The notes under the pieces: model-generated
What the model was told of the DNA's origin: nothing
What the model saw: only the letters and a program-made list of their open reading frames with translations
Databases searched by the model: none
Assembly (NCBI GenBank): GCA_964427825.1
Contig: CAYRUU010000003.1
Location: 1-41,664, forward strand
Direction: 5' to 3'
From: an uncultured Micavibrio sp.
GTDB taxonomy: Bacteria; Patescibacteriota; Minisyncoccia; Moranbacterales; GCA-2747515
Length of the DNA: 41,664 nucleotides
Translations under genes and position numbers: made by a program
In this document: positions 16,303 through 22,529 of the stretch, one piece after another
Numbering within the stretch: position 1 is the first letter of the stretch
Layout of the letters: each line of letters begins with the position of its first letter

Positions 16303-17030
16303 GTTCCCTTAATGATATAGCCACTTTGCGCGGTATCACTCACAATGTGACCGCGATCCATCGCAATGACACGGCGGCGGATTTTGTCCACAATTGTCTT
16401 ATCGTGCGTCGCTAAAATCACCGTCGTGCCGAACGTATTGACCTTGTACAGTAATCGCGCAATATCGTCCGCGGACACCGGATCAAGGTTGCCCGTCGGC
16501 TCATCAGCAATCAACACACGTGGACGATGAATGATAGCACGCGCTACCGCAACGCGCTGCTGTTCTCCACCACTGATTTGGTGCGGATATTTATGCGCAT
16601 GATCCGTCATGTTGATCACCTGCAACATCTGCGACACCTCGTCATAGATCTGCACATCGGACTTCCCATGCAATTCCAACGTGTATGCAATGTTTTCAAA
16701 AACTGTTTTTTGTGGCAGAAGTTTAAAGTCTTGAAAAACCGTACCAAAATTCCGCCGAAAGTATGGTAACAAACGACGCTTTGTGGATAAGATATTGCGC
16801 CCACCAAAAAAGACGGCACCTTCCGTGGGAAACTCGTCGGCATAGATCATTTTGAGCAGCGTGGATTTTCCCGCACCGCTTGCCCCGACAATGGATACGA
16901 ACTCCCCCTGATCCACCGTGCACGTCACGTCGCGCAATGCCACAAAGCCGTCGGGATACTCCTTAGAGACAGCATCCACCTGAATCAATTGCGGCTGCCG
17001 ATCGGCACCATGCATCATCTCCTGTTCCAT
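16290..17030 (-). CDS. ftsE: Cell division ATP-binding protein FtsE
   Basis: 246 aa. Walker A GASGAGKST, signature ISGGEQQR, Walker B LIADEPTGNLD. Confidence 0.9.
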   Translation of the reverse strand: MEQEMMHGADRQPQLIQVDAVSKEYPDGFVALRDVTCTVDQGEFVSIVGASGAGKSTLLKMIYADEFPTEGAVFFGGRNILSTKRRLLPYFRRNFGTVFQDFKLLPQKTVFENIAYTLELHGKSDVQIYDEVSQMLQVINMTDHAHKYPHQISGGEQQRVAVARAIIHRPRVLIADEPTGNLDPVSADDIARLLYKVNTFGTTVILATHDKTIVDKIRRRVIAMDRGHIVSDTAQSGYIIKGTCAL

Positions 17031-17070
17031 GTGTGTTTTTGCTAAACGATTGTGTATTTGTCCACTTTAT

Positions 17071-17100
17071 AGTATACCACACCTCCGCGCACAATGTCAC
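17071..17100 (-). promoter_or_regulatory. Candidate ftsEX promoter GTGACA-N18-(TGg)TATACT
   Basis: Minus strand: GTGACA (17100-17095), 18 nt, TGGTATACT (17079-17071), about 40 nt upstream of the ftsE ATG. Confidence 0.45.
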
Positions 17101-17113
17101 ACCGAGGCAGATT

Positions 17114-18209
17114 TTACACCGCGGATGTAGCAGCCATGGCAAGATACGCCGCCATAAATGGTTCCAGATCGCCATCCAAAACATCGTCAACCTGCGCTGT
17201 TTCGTGTTTGGTGCGATGGTCTTTCACCATCTTATACGGATGCACAACATACGAACGAATTTGACTACCCCATCCCGCACTTTTCACTTCGCCGCGCAAC
17301 GCCTGCTGCTCCTGTTGCTGCTGTTCCAGGCGATGTTGTAACAGTTTTGCGCGCAATAAACGCATCGCTGCTTCTTTATTTTGTCCTTGTGATCGCTCAT
17401 TTTGACACTGTGCCTGCAATCCGGTCGGTATGTGCGTGATGCGAACGGCGCTGTCGGTAGTATTGACATGCTGTCCGCCGGCGCCGGACGCGCGATAAGT
17501 GTCAATGCGCAAATCCTCCGGTGCAATCACCACATCCGCATCATGCGACACGGCAGGCAAAACTTCCACACGCACAAAAGACGTTTGACGTAAATGATCG
17601 GCGTTGAACGGTGACAGACGCACCAAGCGATGCACGCCCGCATCGGCGCGTGCCCAACCATACGCCCATCGCCCACGCACCTCCATTGCCATACTCTTGA
17701 TGCCGGCTTCCGCACCCTCCACACGGTCCAAGATGATCGCCGTATATCCCTTGCGCTCCGCCCACCGCAAATACATGCGCCCCACCATATCCGCCCAATC
17801 CTGTGCATCCACGCCACCGGCACCAGCAACAATCGTCATGATGGCATCATGCTCATCATAGGTGCCGGAAAAATAGGTATATAATGTCAATTGCTTGATC
17901 TCTTCCGCTACACGCTGCGCCTCCGTATCCACTTCTGCCTTCTCCGCATCTGTCATCGCCATCTCCTGTAATGTCGTGAGATCGTTGGCGGCGGCGTATA
18001 ATGCATCAAACTGCGCCACATCGGTACGTGCATCTTCCAGTGCGCGCATGATGCGCGTGGCGCGCTCGTTGTCATGCCAAAAATCGGCGCGCGCCGCCTG
18101 TGCCTCGTTTTCCGCAATGACCGCACGCTTCGCGGCAATGTCAAAGAGAGTCCTGCAAGCGCAGGAGTTGTGCCATCATATCGGCATGTGGTGATAGATG
18201 ATCGGACAT
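17114..18209 (-). CDS. prfB: Peptide chain release factor 2, expressed through a programmed +1 ribosomal frameshift
   Basis: Frame 0 runs from the ATG at 18209: MSDHLSPHADMMAQLLRLQDSL, then an in-frame TGA (18143-18141). The +1 frame continues DIAAKRAVIAENEAQAARADFWHDNERATRIMRALED... and joins the 311-aa ORF (17114-18049). SPF and GGQ motifs are present. Combined length is about 364 aa. Confidence 0.92.
18140..18146 (-). other. Programmed +1 frameshift site CTT TGA C of prfB
   Basis: Minus strand: ...CAGGACTCT CTT TGA C. This is identical to the canonical RF2 slippery/stop context. A weak SD-like AGGA lies 4 nt upstream of the CTT. Confidence 0.9.
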
Positions 18210-18246
18210 ACACAAAAGCCTAGTTAGACATTACCTTGTTCTCGTG

Positions 18247-18319
18247 AGCCATCCATCGGGCTTGAACCGATGACCTGCACGTTACGAATGTGCTGCTCTA
18301 CCAACTGAGCTAGGATGGC
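18247..18319 (-). tRNA. tRNA-Thr (anticodon CGU)
   Basis: 73 nt: GCCATCC TA GCTC AGTTGGTA GAGC A GCACA TTCGTAA CGTGC AGGTC ATCGG TTCAAGC CCGAT GGATGGC T. The cloverleaf folds by hand with a 7-bp acceptor stem. There is one A31-C39 mismatch. No CCA is encoded. Confidence 0.85.
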
Positions 18320-18333
18320 AAAATACGTTTCTA

Positions 18334-18362
18334 AGTATACACGGCGCGCCCGGAAATGACAA
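18334..18362 (-). promoter_or_regulatory. Sigma70-type promoter TTGTCA-N17-TATACT directly upstream of tRNA-Thr
   Basis: Minus strand: TTGTCA (18362-18357), 17 nt, TATACT (18339-18334). The tRNA 5' end is 14 nt downstream of the -10 element. Confidence 0.5.
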
Positions 18363-18382
18363 GGCACACATCCCGCCACCAT

Positions 18383-18931
18383 TCACAGGTGAAACCAGTG
18401 CACTTTTTCCAAAACCAGAAACAGCGCACTTGCCACAACGCCAAATACAAAGAGATAGCGCGACCACGTCAACATGCGACGTTTCGGGATGTAGTAGTAT
18501 GTGGAGAGATTATACATCTCGCGCGCATAGTGACGAAAAAACACCTCGTCGTCGGTGATTGCTGCACGCAACTGCGTCGCATAGGCATCCGCCGACGGAT
18601 AGGACGCAATGTGCCGCACATAGAACAAGCTCTCCGGATGACACGTGTTTGCCAAGAGGTGTGGCAAACGAATGGCAAAAGCCGCTGCAATCGCCGACGC
18701 AGCGGAAAAAAGAGCGATAATGCCCAGTGTCGCTTTCATGTGCTCCACCTGAAACAGAATCGTGATCACCAATGCAAACAGCGCCGTGTTGATACCGACC
18801 ATAACGTTGGCATGATTGTCCACGGCACGCGTCGCTTCAATGATCTTCTCCGTCAATCCCTGCAAAAATCCCGCCTTGCCTTGCAAGTCGTCAATGAGTG
18901 GTACAATCGGTTTGTGCGTAGCACGCTGCAT
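18383..18931 (-). CDS. Small 3-TM membrane protein; the architecture resembles the DUF5706 / Pycsar-effector-like TM family (unverified)
   Basis: 182 aa. Two central TM helices (NVMVGINTALFALVITILF, LGIIALFSAASAIAAAFAI), a helical soluble segment (...YATQLRAAITDDEVFFRHYAREMYNLS...KRRML), and a final TM helix. The family assignment is from memory of the profile, not from a search. Confidence 0.7.
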   Translation of the reverse strand: MQRATHKPIVPLIDDLQGKAGFLQGLTEKIIEATRAVDNHANVMVGINTALFALVITILFQVEHMKATLGIIALFSAASAIAAAFAIRLPHLLANTCHPESLFYVRHIASYPSADAYATQLRAAITDDEVFFRHYAREMYNLSTYYYIPKRRMLTWSRYLFVFGVVASALFLVLEKVHWFHL

Positions 18932-18959
18932 AGCACCTGTGTCATATGCTTAACGACAC

Positions 18960-18988
18960 ATCATACCACAGATGAGATCATTAGTCAA
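18960..18988 (-). promoter_or_regulatory. Near-consensus promoter TTGACT-N17-(TGg)TATGAT for the 182-aa membrane protein gene
   Basis: Minus strand: TTGACT (18988-18983), 17 nt, TGGTATGAT (18968-18960), 28 nt upstream of the ATG at 18931. Confidence 0.55.
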
Positions 18989-19011
18989 TGGCGCGCGGGG
19001 GCGTCGCATGC

Positions 19012-20187
19012 CTAGGTGCGCGATTGGCGCGAGATATTGAGGAGAATGCCCACGGCGGCAAGTGAAAAGATGATGGACGTGCCACCATAACTGATGAACG
19101 GCATCGGGATGCCCGTAAGCGGCATGAGGGATGTGATGGCGGCAATATTCATAATGGCCTGCCCAGTGATCCAAATGGTGATGCCGCCAGCGACGAGTTT
19201 TCCAAAGAGATCTGGCGCATGTGTGGCGATTGTCATACCGCGCCACGCAAAAATAGTGAAAAGCGCAATGAGTGTCATCGCGCCGATAAAGCCGAGTTCT
19301 TCAGCGATGATGGCAAAAATGGAATCCCCCACCGGCTCCGGCAAGTACAGCCCCTTCTGTTTACTGTGTCCCAAGCCCACACCCAATGGTCCGCCACTAC
19401 CAATGGCGATGAGTGCTTGCTGAATTTGATAGCCAGAGCCCTGTGGGTCCGCCATCGGATCAATGAACGACTTGAAGCGCTCCATGCGATACGGCGCAAC
19501 GAGAATGAGTAGAAGCACGCCAAGTACGCCAACACCCACCAAGCCGCCGATGTGTTTCAGTGACGCACCAGCAAGATAGAAAATACTCACAGAAATAAAG
19601 GTGAGAATGATCATCGTACCAAGGTTGGGCTGCATATAGACGAGGATGCATGGCATAACAATAATCCCCAAAAACGGCAGCACGCCATTGTGGAAATCAC
19701 CAAGAAGTTTCGCCCCCTTGCCACTACACCATGCCGCAACATACAAAACCAGCGCAAGTTTCATCGCCTCCGACGGCTGAAATGTTGGCAGAGGCCCGAG
19801 GTTGATCCACCGACTTGCGCCATAGGATGTAATCCCCACACCGGGGATGAGCACCACCACCAACAGAGCAAGCCCCGCACTGTAGATCAGCAGCGCCCAC
19901 CGTCGATAGACGTGATAGTCAATCCGACTCAACACAAAGAGCGCCGCAAACCCGAGCACGACGCCAAGCAGTTGCCGTTTGAAAAAGAAGTATGGATCAC
20001 CAAAGCGCACACTGGAATACACGATGCCCGCCGAAGCGATCATGAGCACACCAAACAGTACCAAGATCCCCACCGTGCCGAAAAGCACACGGTCCGGCGC
20101 CGCGCTGAAGTAGAGTGTATCGCGTGAAATTTTATTCTTGTTTTTCTTGCGTCCGGGATTCATCGCCGCACGCCTGCGTTTGATCAT
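19012..20187 (-). CDS. SEDS-family peptidoglycan glycosyltransferase (FtsW/RodA/SpoVE family)
   Basis: 391 aa with about 10 TM segments. C-terminal motif PLTGIPMPFISYGGTSII. I cannot tell FtsW from RodA from the sequence alone. The start may be the ATG at 20163 (MNPGRKK). Confidence 0.9.
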   Translation of the reverse strand: MIKRRRAAMNPGRKKNKNKISRDTLYFSAAPDRVLFGTVGILVLFGVLMIASAGIVYSSVRFGDPYFFFKRQLLGVVLGFAALFVLSRIDYHVYRRWALLIYSAGLALLVVVLIPGVGITSYGASRWINLGPLPTFQPSEAMKLALVLYVAAWCSGKGAKLLGDFHNGVLPFLGIIVMPCILVYMQPNLGTMIILTFISVSIFYLAGASLKHIGGLVGVGVLGVLLLILVAPYRMERFKSFIDPMADPQGSGYQIQQALIAIGSGGPLGVGLGHSKQKGLYLPEPVGDSIFAIIAEELGFIGAMTLIALFTIFAWRGMTIATHAPDLFGKLVAGGITIWITGQAIMNIAAITSLMPLTGIPMPFISYGGTSIIFSLAAVGILLNISRQSRT

Positions 20188-20851
20188 TGTTGTGATGATT
20201 ACTGTGGCGTATGCGCCATGCCTCTATTTTAGCATGATCGCCCGATACAAGCACATCCGGCACACGCCATCCGTTGTAGACGTCCGGTTTGGTGTAGTGC
20301 GGGTATTCCGTATACCCCTCCGTGGCATGCGATTCCTCCACGGCGCTTGCTTCATTGCCAAGTACCCCCGAAAGCAGGCGCACCACACTGTCGGCAATCG
20401 TCAGTGCTCCCAACTCCCCACCGGTCAACACATAGGGTCCCACAGCAACCTCTTCATCGGCGATATGCTGCGCCACACGCTCATCCACACCCTCATAGCG
20501 CCCACAGATCAAAATCAGATGCGCATACGAGGCAAGGCGTCGTGCGTCTTTTTGTGTGTACTGTCGTCCCTTGGCACTCAAGAGAATGATGCGCCGTTTT
20601 TCCGCCGACACATCCGGTACCGCGGCGGTGAGGTGCTGCACCGCACCGTGAATCGGCGCCACTTGCATTACCATGCCCGCGCCGCCGCCGTATGGCGTGT
20701 CATCCACACGCCGCCACTTGTCCGCACTAAAATCGCGCAGATCCGTCACACCAAACGCCACCGCACCCGCCTGCTGTGCGCGCTTCATCATTGCCGCATC
20801 TGTATACGGTCGCACAACGTCGGGAAAAATTGTCAGAATATCAATGCGCAT
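20132..20851 (-). CDS. trmD: tRNA (guanine37-N1)-methyltransferase TrmD
   Basis: The canonical N-terminus MRIDILTIFPDVV begins at the ATG at 20851. YGGGAGMVM and CGRYEGVDERV motifs are present. The ORF track extends 73 codons further upstream (to 21070), which I treat as probably non-coding; see findings. Confidence 0.9.
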   Translation of the reverse strand: MRIDILTIFPDVVRPYTDAAMMKRAQQAGAVAFGVTDLRDFSADKWRRVDDTPYGGGAGMVMQVAPIHGAVQHLTAAVPDVSAEKRRIILLSAKGRQYTQKDARRLASYAHLILICGRYEGVDERVAQHIADEEVAVGPYVLTGGELGALTIADSVVRLLSGVLGNEASAVEESHATEGYTEYPHYTKPDVYNGWRVPDVLVSGDHAKIEAWRIRHSNHHNNDQTQACGDESRTQEKQE

Positions 20852-20887
20852 ATGCACCACATAGTATACCGCACCATGCAGAAAAGT

Positions 20888-20924
20888 AAATAAAAAGAGG
20901 CATGCAACACTTGTGCAAGCCTCT
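20888..20924 (-). terminator. Terminator-like hairpin plus U-tract 37 nt upstream of the trmD ATG
   Basis: Minus strand: AGAGGC-U-UGCA CAAGUGU UGCA-U-GCCUCU followed by UUUUAUUUAC. The plus strand also has a T-run, so it could act in both directions. Confidence 0.4.
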
Positions 20925-20950
20925 TTTGTTTCAATATTGTCCGCAGCAGC

Positions 20951-21040
20951 GCAGCAGCTACGAGGATGGTACTGCTGCATAGTACTCTCCTCGTTTTTTC
21001 GGAGGAGTAACTTTGTTGTGCGGATGCGATCTGCATCCGC
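20951..21040 (-). other. Cluster of three further stable hairpins (candidate structured RNA or leader) between rplL and trmD
   Basis: H1: GCGGATGC/GCATCCGC (21020-21040). H2: CUCCUC/GAGGAG (20987-21007). H3: GCAGCAGUAC/GUA(G)CUGCUGC (20951-20978). No convincing ORF with a stop codon fits the region. Confidence 0.35.
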
Positions 21041-21170
21041 TATGACCAACAATGACATGCAAAGGGACACATCTCATATGACTTAAGGAGCCTTTTCTTC
21101 ACCGCCCTATAAATGGGCGATGTTGGTGGAATGGGCACCATTGTCGACGCATTACAGACGTCTTCAACAG

Positions 21171-21194
21171 AAAAAACCGCCCAAATTCGGGCGG
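21171..21194 (-). terminator. Rho-independent terminator after rplL
   Basis: Stem CCGCCC (21177-21182) / GGGCGG (21189-21194) with a 6-nt loop, flanked by an A6 run and a T5 run. On the minus strand it is followed by UUUUUU. It lies 32 nt after the rplL stop. Confidence 0.65.
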
Positions 21195-21225
21195 TTTTTG
21201 TGTGCATGCGTTGTGATAGACAAGA

Positions 21226-21657
21226 TTATTTGAGATTGACCGTTGCGCCAGCCTCTTCCAATTTGCCCTTGATGGTCTCCGCTTCTTCCTTGGCGACATC
21301 TTCTTTGATCACCTTCGGAGCAGCATCCACCAAGTCTTTGGCTTCCTTGAGACCGAGGCCCGTGATTTCACGCACAGCCTTGATCACATTGATCTTGGAT
21401 GCACCCGCTGCGGCAAGTTCCACGTCAAAAGATGACTTTTCTTCCGCTGCCGCCTCACCTGCGCCCGCCACCGGCATCGCCATTGCGACCGGAGCAGCTG
21501 CGCTCACGCCAAATTTGTCTTCCAAAACCGTAATGAGCTCGGAGAGATCCAAAACACTCATTTCTTCAATCTCCTTGACAATCTTCTCAAACTTCTTGGG
21601 GACTTCCACCGCTTTTTTTTCTGCGGCGGCATCCACCTTCTTTGCTTCGTCCGTCAT
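21226..21657 (-). CDS. rplL: 50S ribosomal protein L7/L12
   Basis: 143 aa from the ATG at 21657. ...[19 protein letters not shown], an Ala-rich hinge, and the C-terminal domain [24 protein letters not shown]...[18 protein letters not shown]. The longer ORF-track start overlaps rplJ and is not credible. Confidence 0.9.
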   Translation of the reverse strand: MTDEAKKVDAAAEKKAVEVPKKFEKIVKEIEEMSVLDLSELITVLEDKFGVSAAAPVAMAMPVAGAGEAAAEEKSSFDVELAAAGASKINVIKAVREITGLGLKEAKDLVDAAPKVIKEDVAKEEAETIKGKLEEAGATVNLK

Positions 21658-21715
21658 AGTGGTTGTGTTAAAAAATGGATAAAAATATCTACATAGATGA
21701 TTGTATTGCGAGCGT

Positions 21716-22234
21716 TTACACCTCTTTGCTGTCGCGCACCGCGGCAAGCGCCTGCACAAATGTGCGCGGCACACCCGCTATTGTGTTGACAAAACCGCTG
21801 ATCGGCGCCTGCAATTGACCCAACAGTCGTGCGCGCAGTTCATCGCGCGACGGTAGTTTCGCCAATGCGTTCACCTCGTCAATGGACATAATGTGCTCAC
21901 CCAAAACACCGCCAAGAATCTTGACGTGTTCATTTGCCTTTGCCGCGTCAAAGATGATCTTTGCCGCCGTCACCTCGTCGGGTGACACGCTGATAGCGAT
22001 CTGTCCATCCAGCGCCTTAGGATCCATGGTGATGTTGTTGTTCTTGAGCGCAATCGCCAAGAGTGTCTTTTTGATCACCTGAAACGTAGAGCCAGATTCG
22101 CGCAGTTGCTTTTTGAGCGCAGTCATGTCGTTGGCACGCACGCCTTTGAAGTCGGCGATCACGCATGCCGGCGACGCCTTAATGTGCGCACTCAGTTCTT
22201 GCACAATCTCTTCTTTCTGTTTCCGTGTAAGCAT
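21716..22234 (-). CDS. rplJ: 50S ribosomal protein L10
   Basis: 172 aa: [45 protein letters not shown]..., directly upstream of rplL. Confidence 0.9.
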   Translation of the reverse strand: MLTRKQKEEIVQELSAHIKASPACVIADFKGVRANDMTALKKQLRESGSTFQVIKKTLLAIALKNNNITMDPKALDGQIAISVSPDEVTAAKIIFDAAKANEHVKILGGVLGEHIMSIDEVNALAKLPSRDELRARLLGQLQAPISGFVNTIAGVPRTFVQALAAVRDSKEV

Positions 22235-22431
22235 AGTGCTTATCGTTGATTAGCAGATTGTTGCGGCATTGCTCGCACATACAAAAAATCTGCGCACGCT
22301 GTCGGCGCAGAACATAGCCAGAGAAAGCACAGTCGACCTGTGAATTTTCAGTGCTCCTCGCACGGACCTATGTGCCTCGGGGCACCGCCGTGTGTCTGCG
22401 GATACGCGTTGTATGTGTGGCAAAACCACGT
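22235..22431 (-). promoter_or_regulatory. Structured 5' leader of rplJ-rplL, about 195 nt, with an attenuator-like terminator (22283-22311); candidate L10-leader-type autoregulatory element
   Basis: Minus-strand hairpins: GUGCC/GGCAC, GUGC/GCAC, CACAG/CUGUG. Then UCUGCGC-N9-GCGCAGA followed by UUUUUUG, 48 nt before the rplJ ATG. Confidence 0.4.
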
Positions 22432-22437
22432 GCTTGC

Positions 22438-22466
22438 AGTATAGCCGAAACGGGTGTGATTGTCAA
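22438..22466 (-). promoter_or_regulatory. Sigma70-type promoter TTGACA-N17-TATACT for rplJ-rplL
   Basis: Minus strand: TTGACA (22466-22461), exactly 17 nt, TATACT (22443-22438). Confidence 0.6.
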
Positions 22467-22529
22467 TTTCTCATTTTTTTGGACATACGCCGATCCACGC
22501 ACCCTTTTGTAGCGACATACCGCTTTCAG

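Noticed and set aside
18140-18146. In-frame TGA codons as evidence for an alternative genetic code (UGA=Gly/Trp) or for selenocysteine.
   Set aside because: The only in-frame TGA I found is the canonical prfB frameshift site. RF2 itself is present, and TGA terminates ftsE and dus at positions that fit family lengths. No SECIS-like context was seen.
18383-18931. A Pycsar (cyclic pyrimidine) anti-phage system, inferred from the DUF5706-like TM protein.
   Set aside because: There is no adjacent nucleotide cyclase and no cNMP-binding domain on the protein. The neighbours are a SEDS gene and a tRNA. One effector-like fold is not a system, so it is kept only as a low-confidence observation.
20852-21070. 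N-terminal extensions suggested by the ORF track for trmD. The same issue arises for rplL (21658-21774), pgk (29306-29347), scpA (32998-33042), the pseudo-HtrA gene (36475-36759) and gatB (7955-7969).
   Set aside because: The canonical family N-termini begin at internal ATGs. The rplL and pseudo-HtrA extensions overlap the upstream genes and the rest are merely open upstream sequence. The trmD case is less clear and is discussed as a finding.
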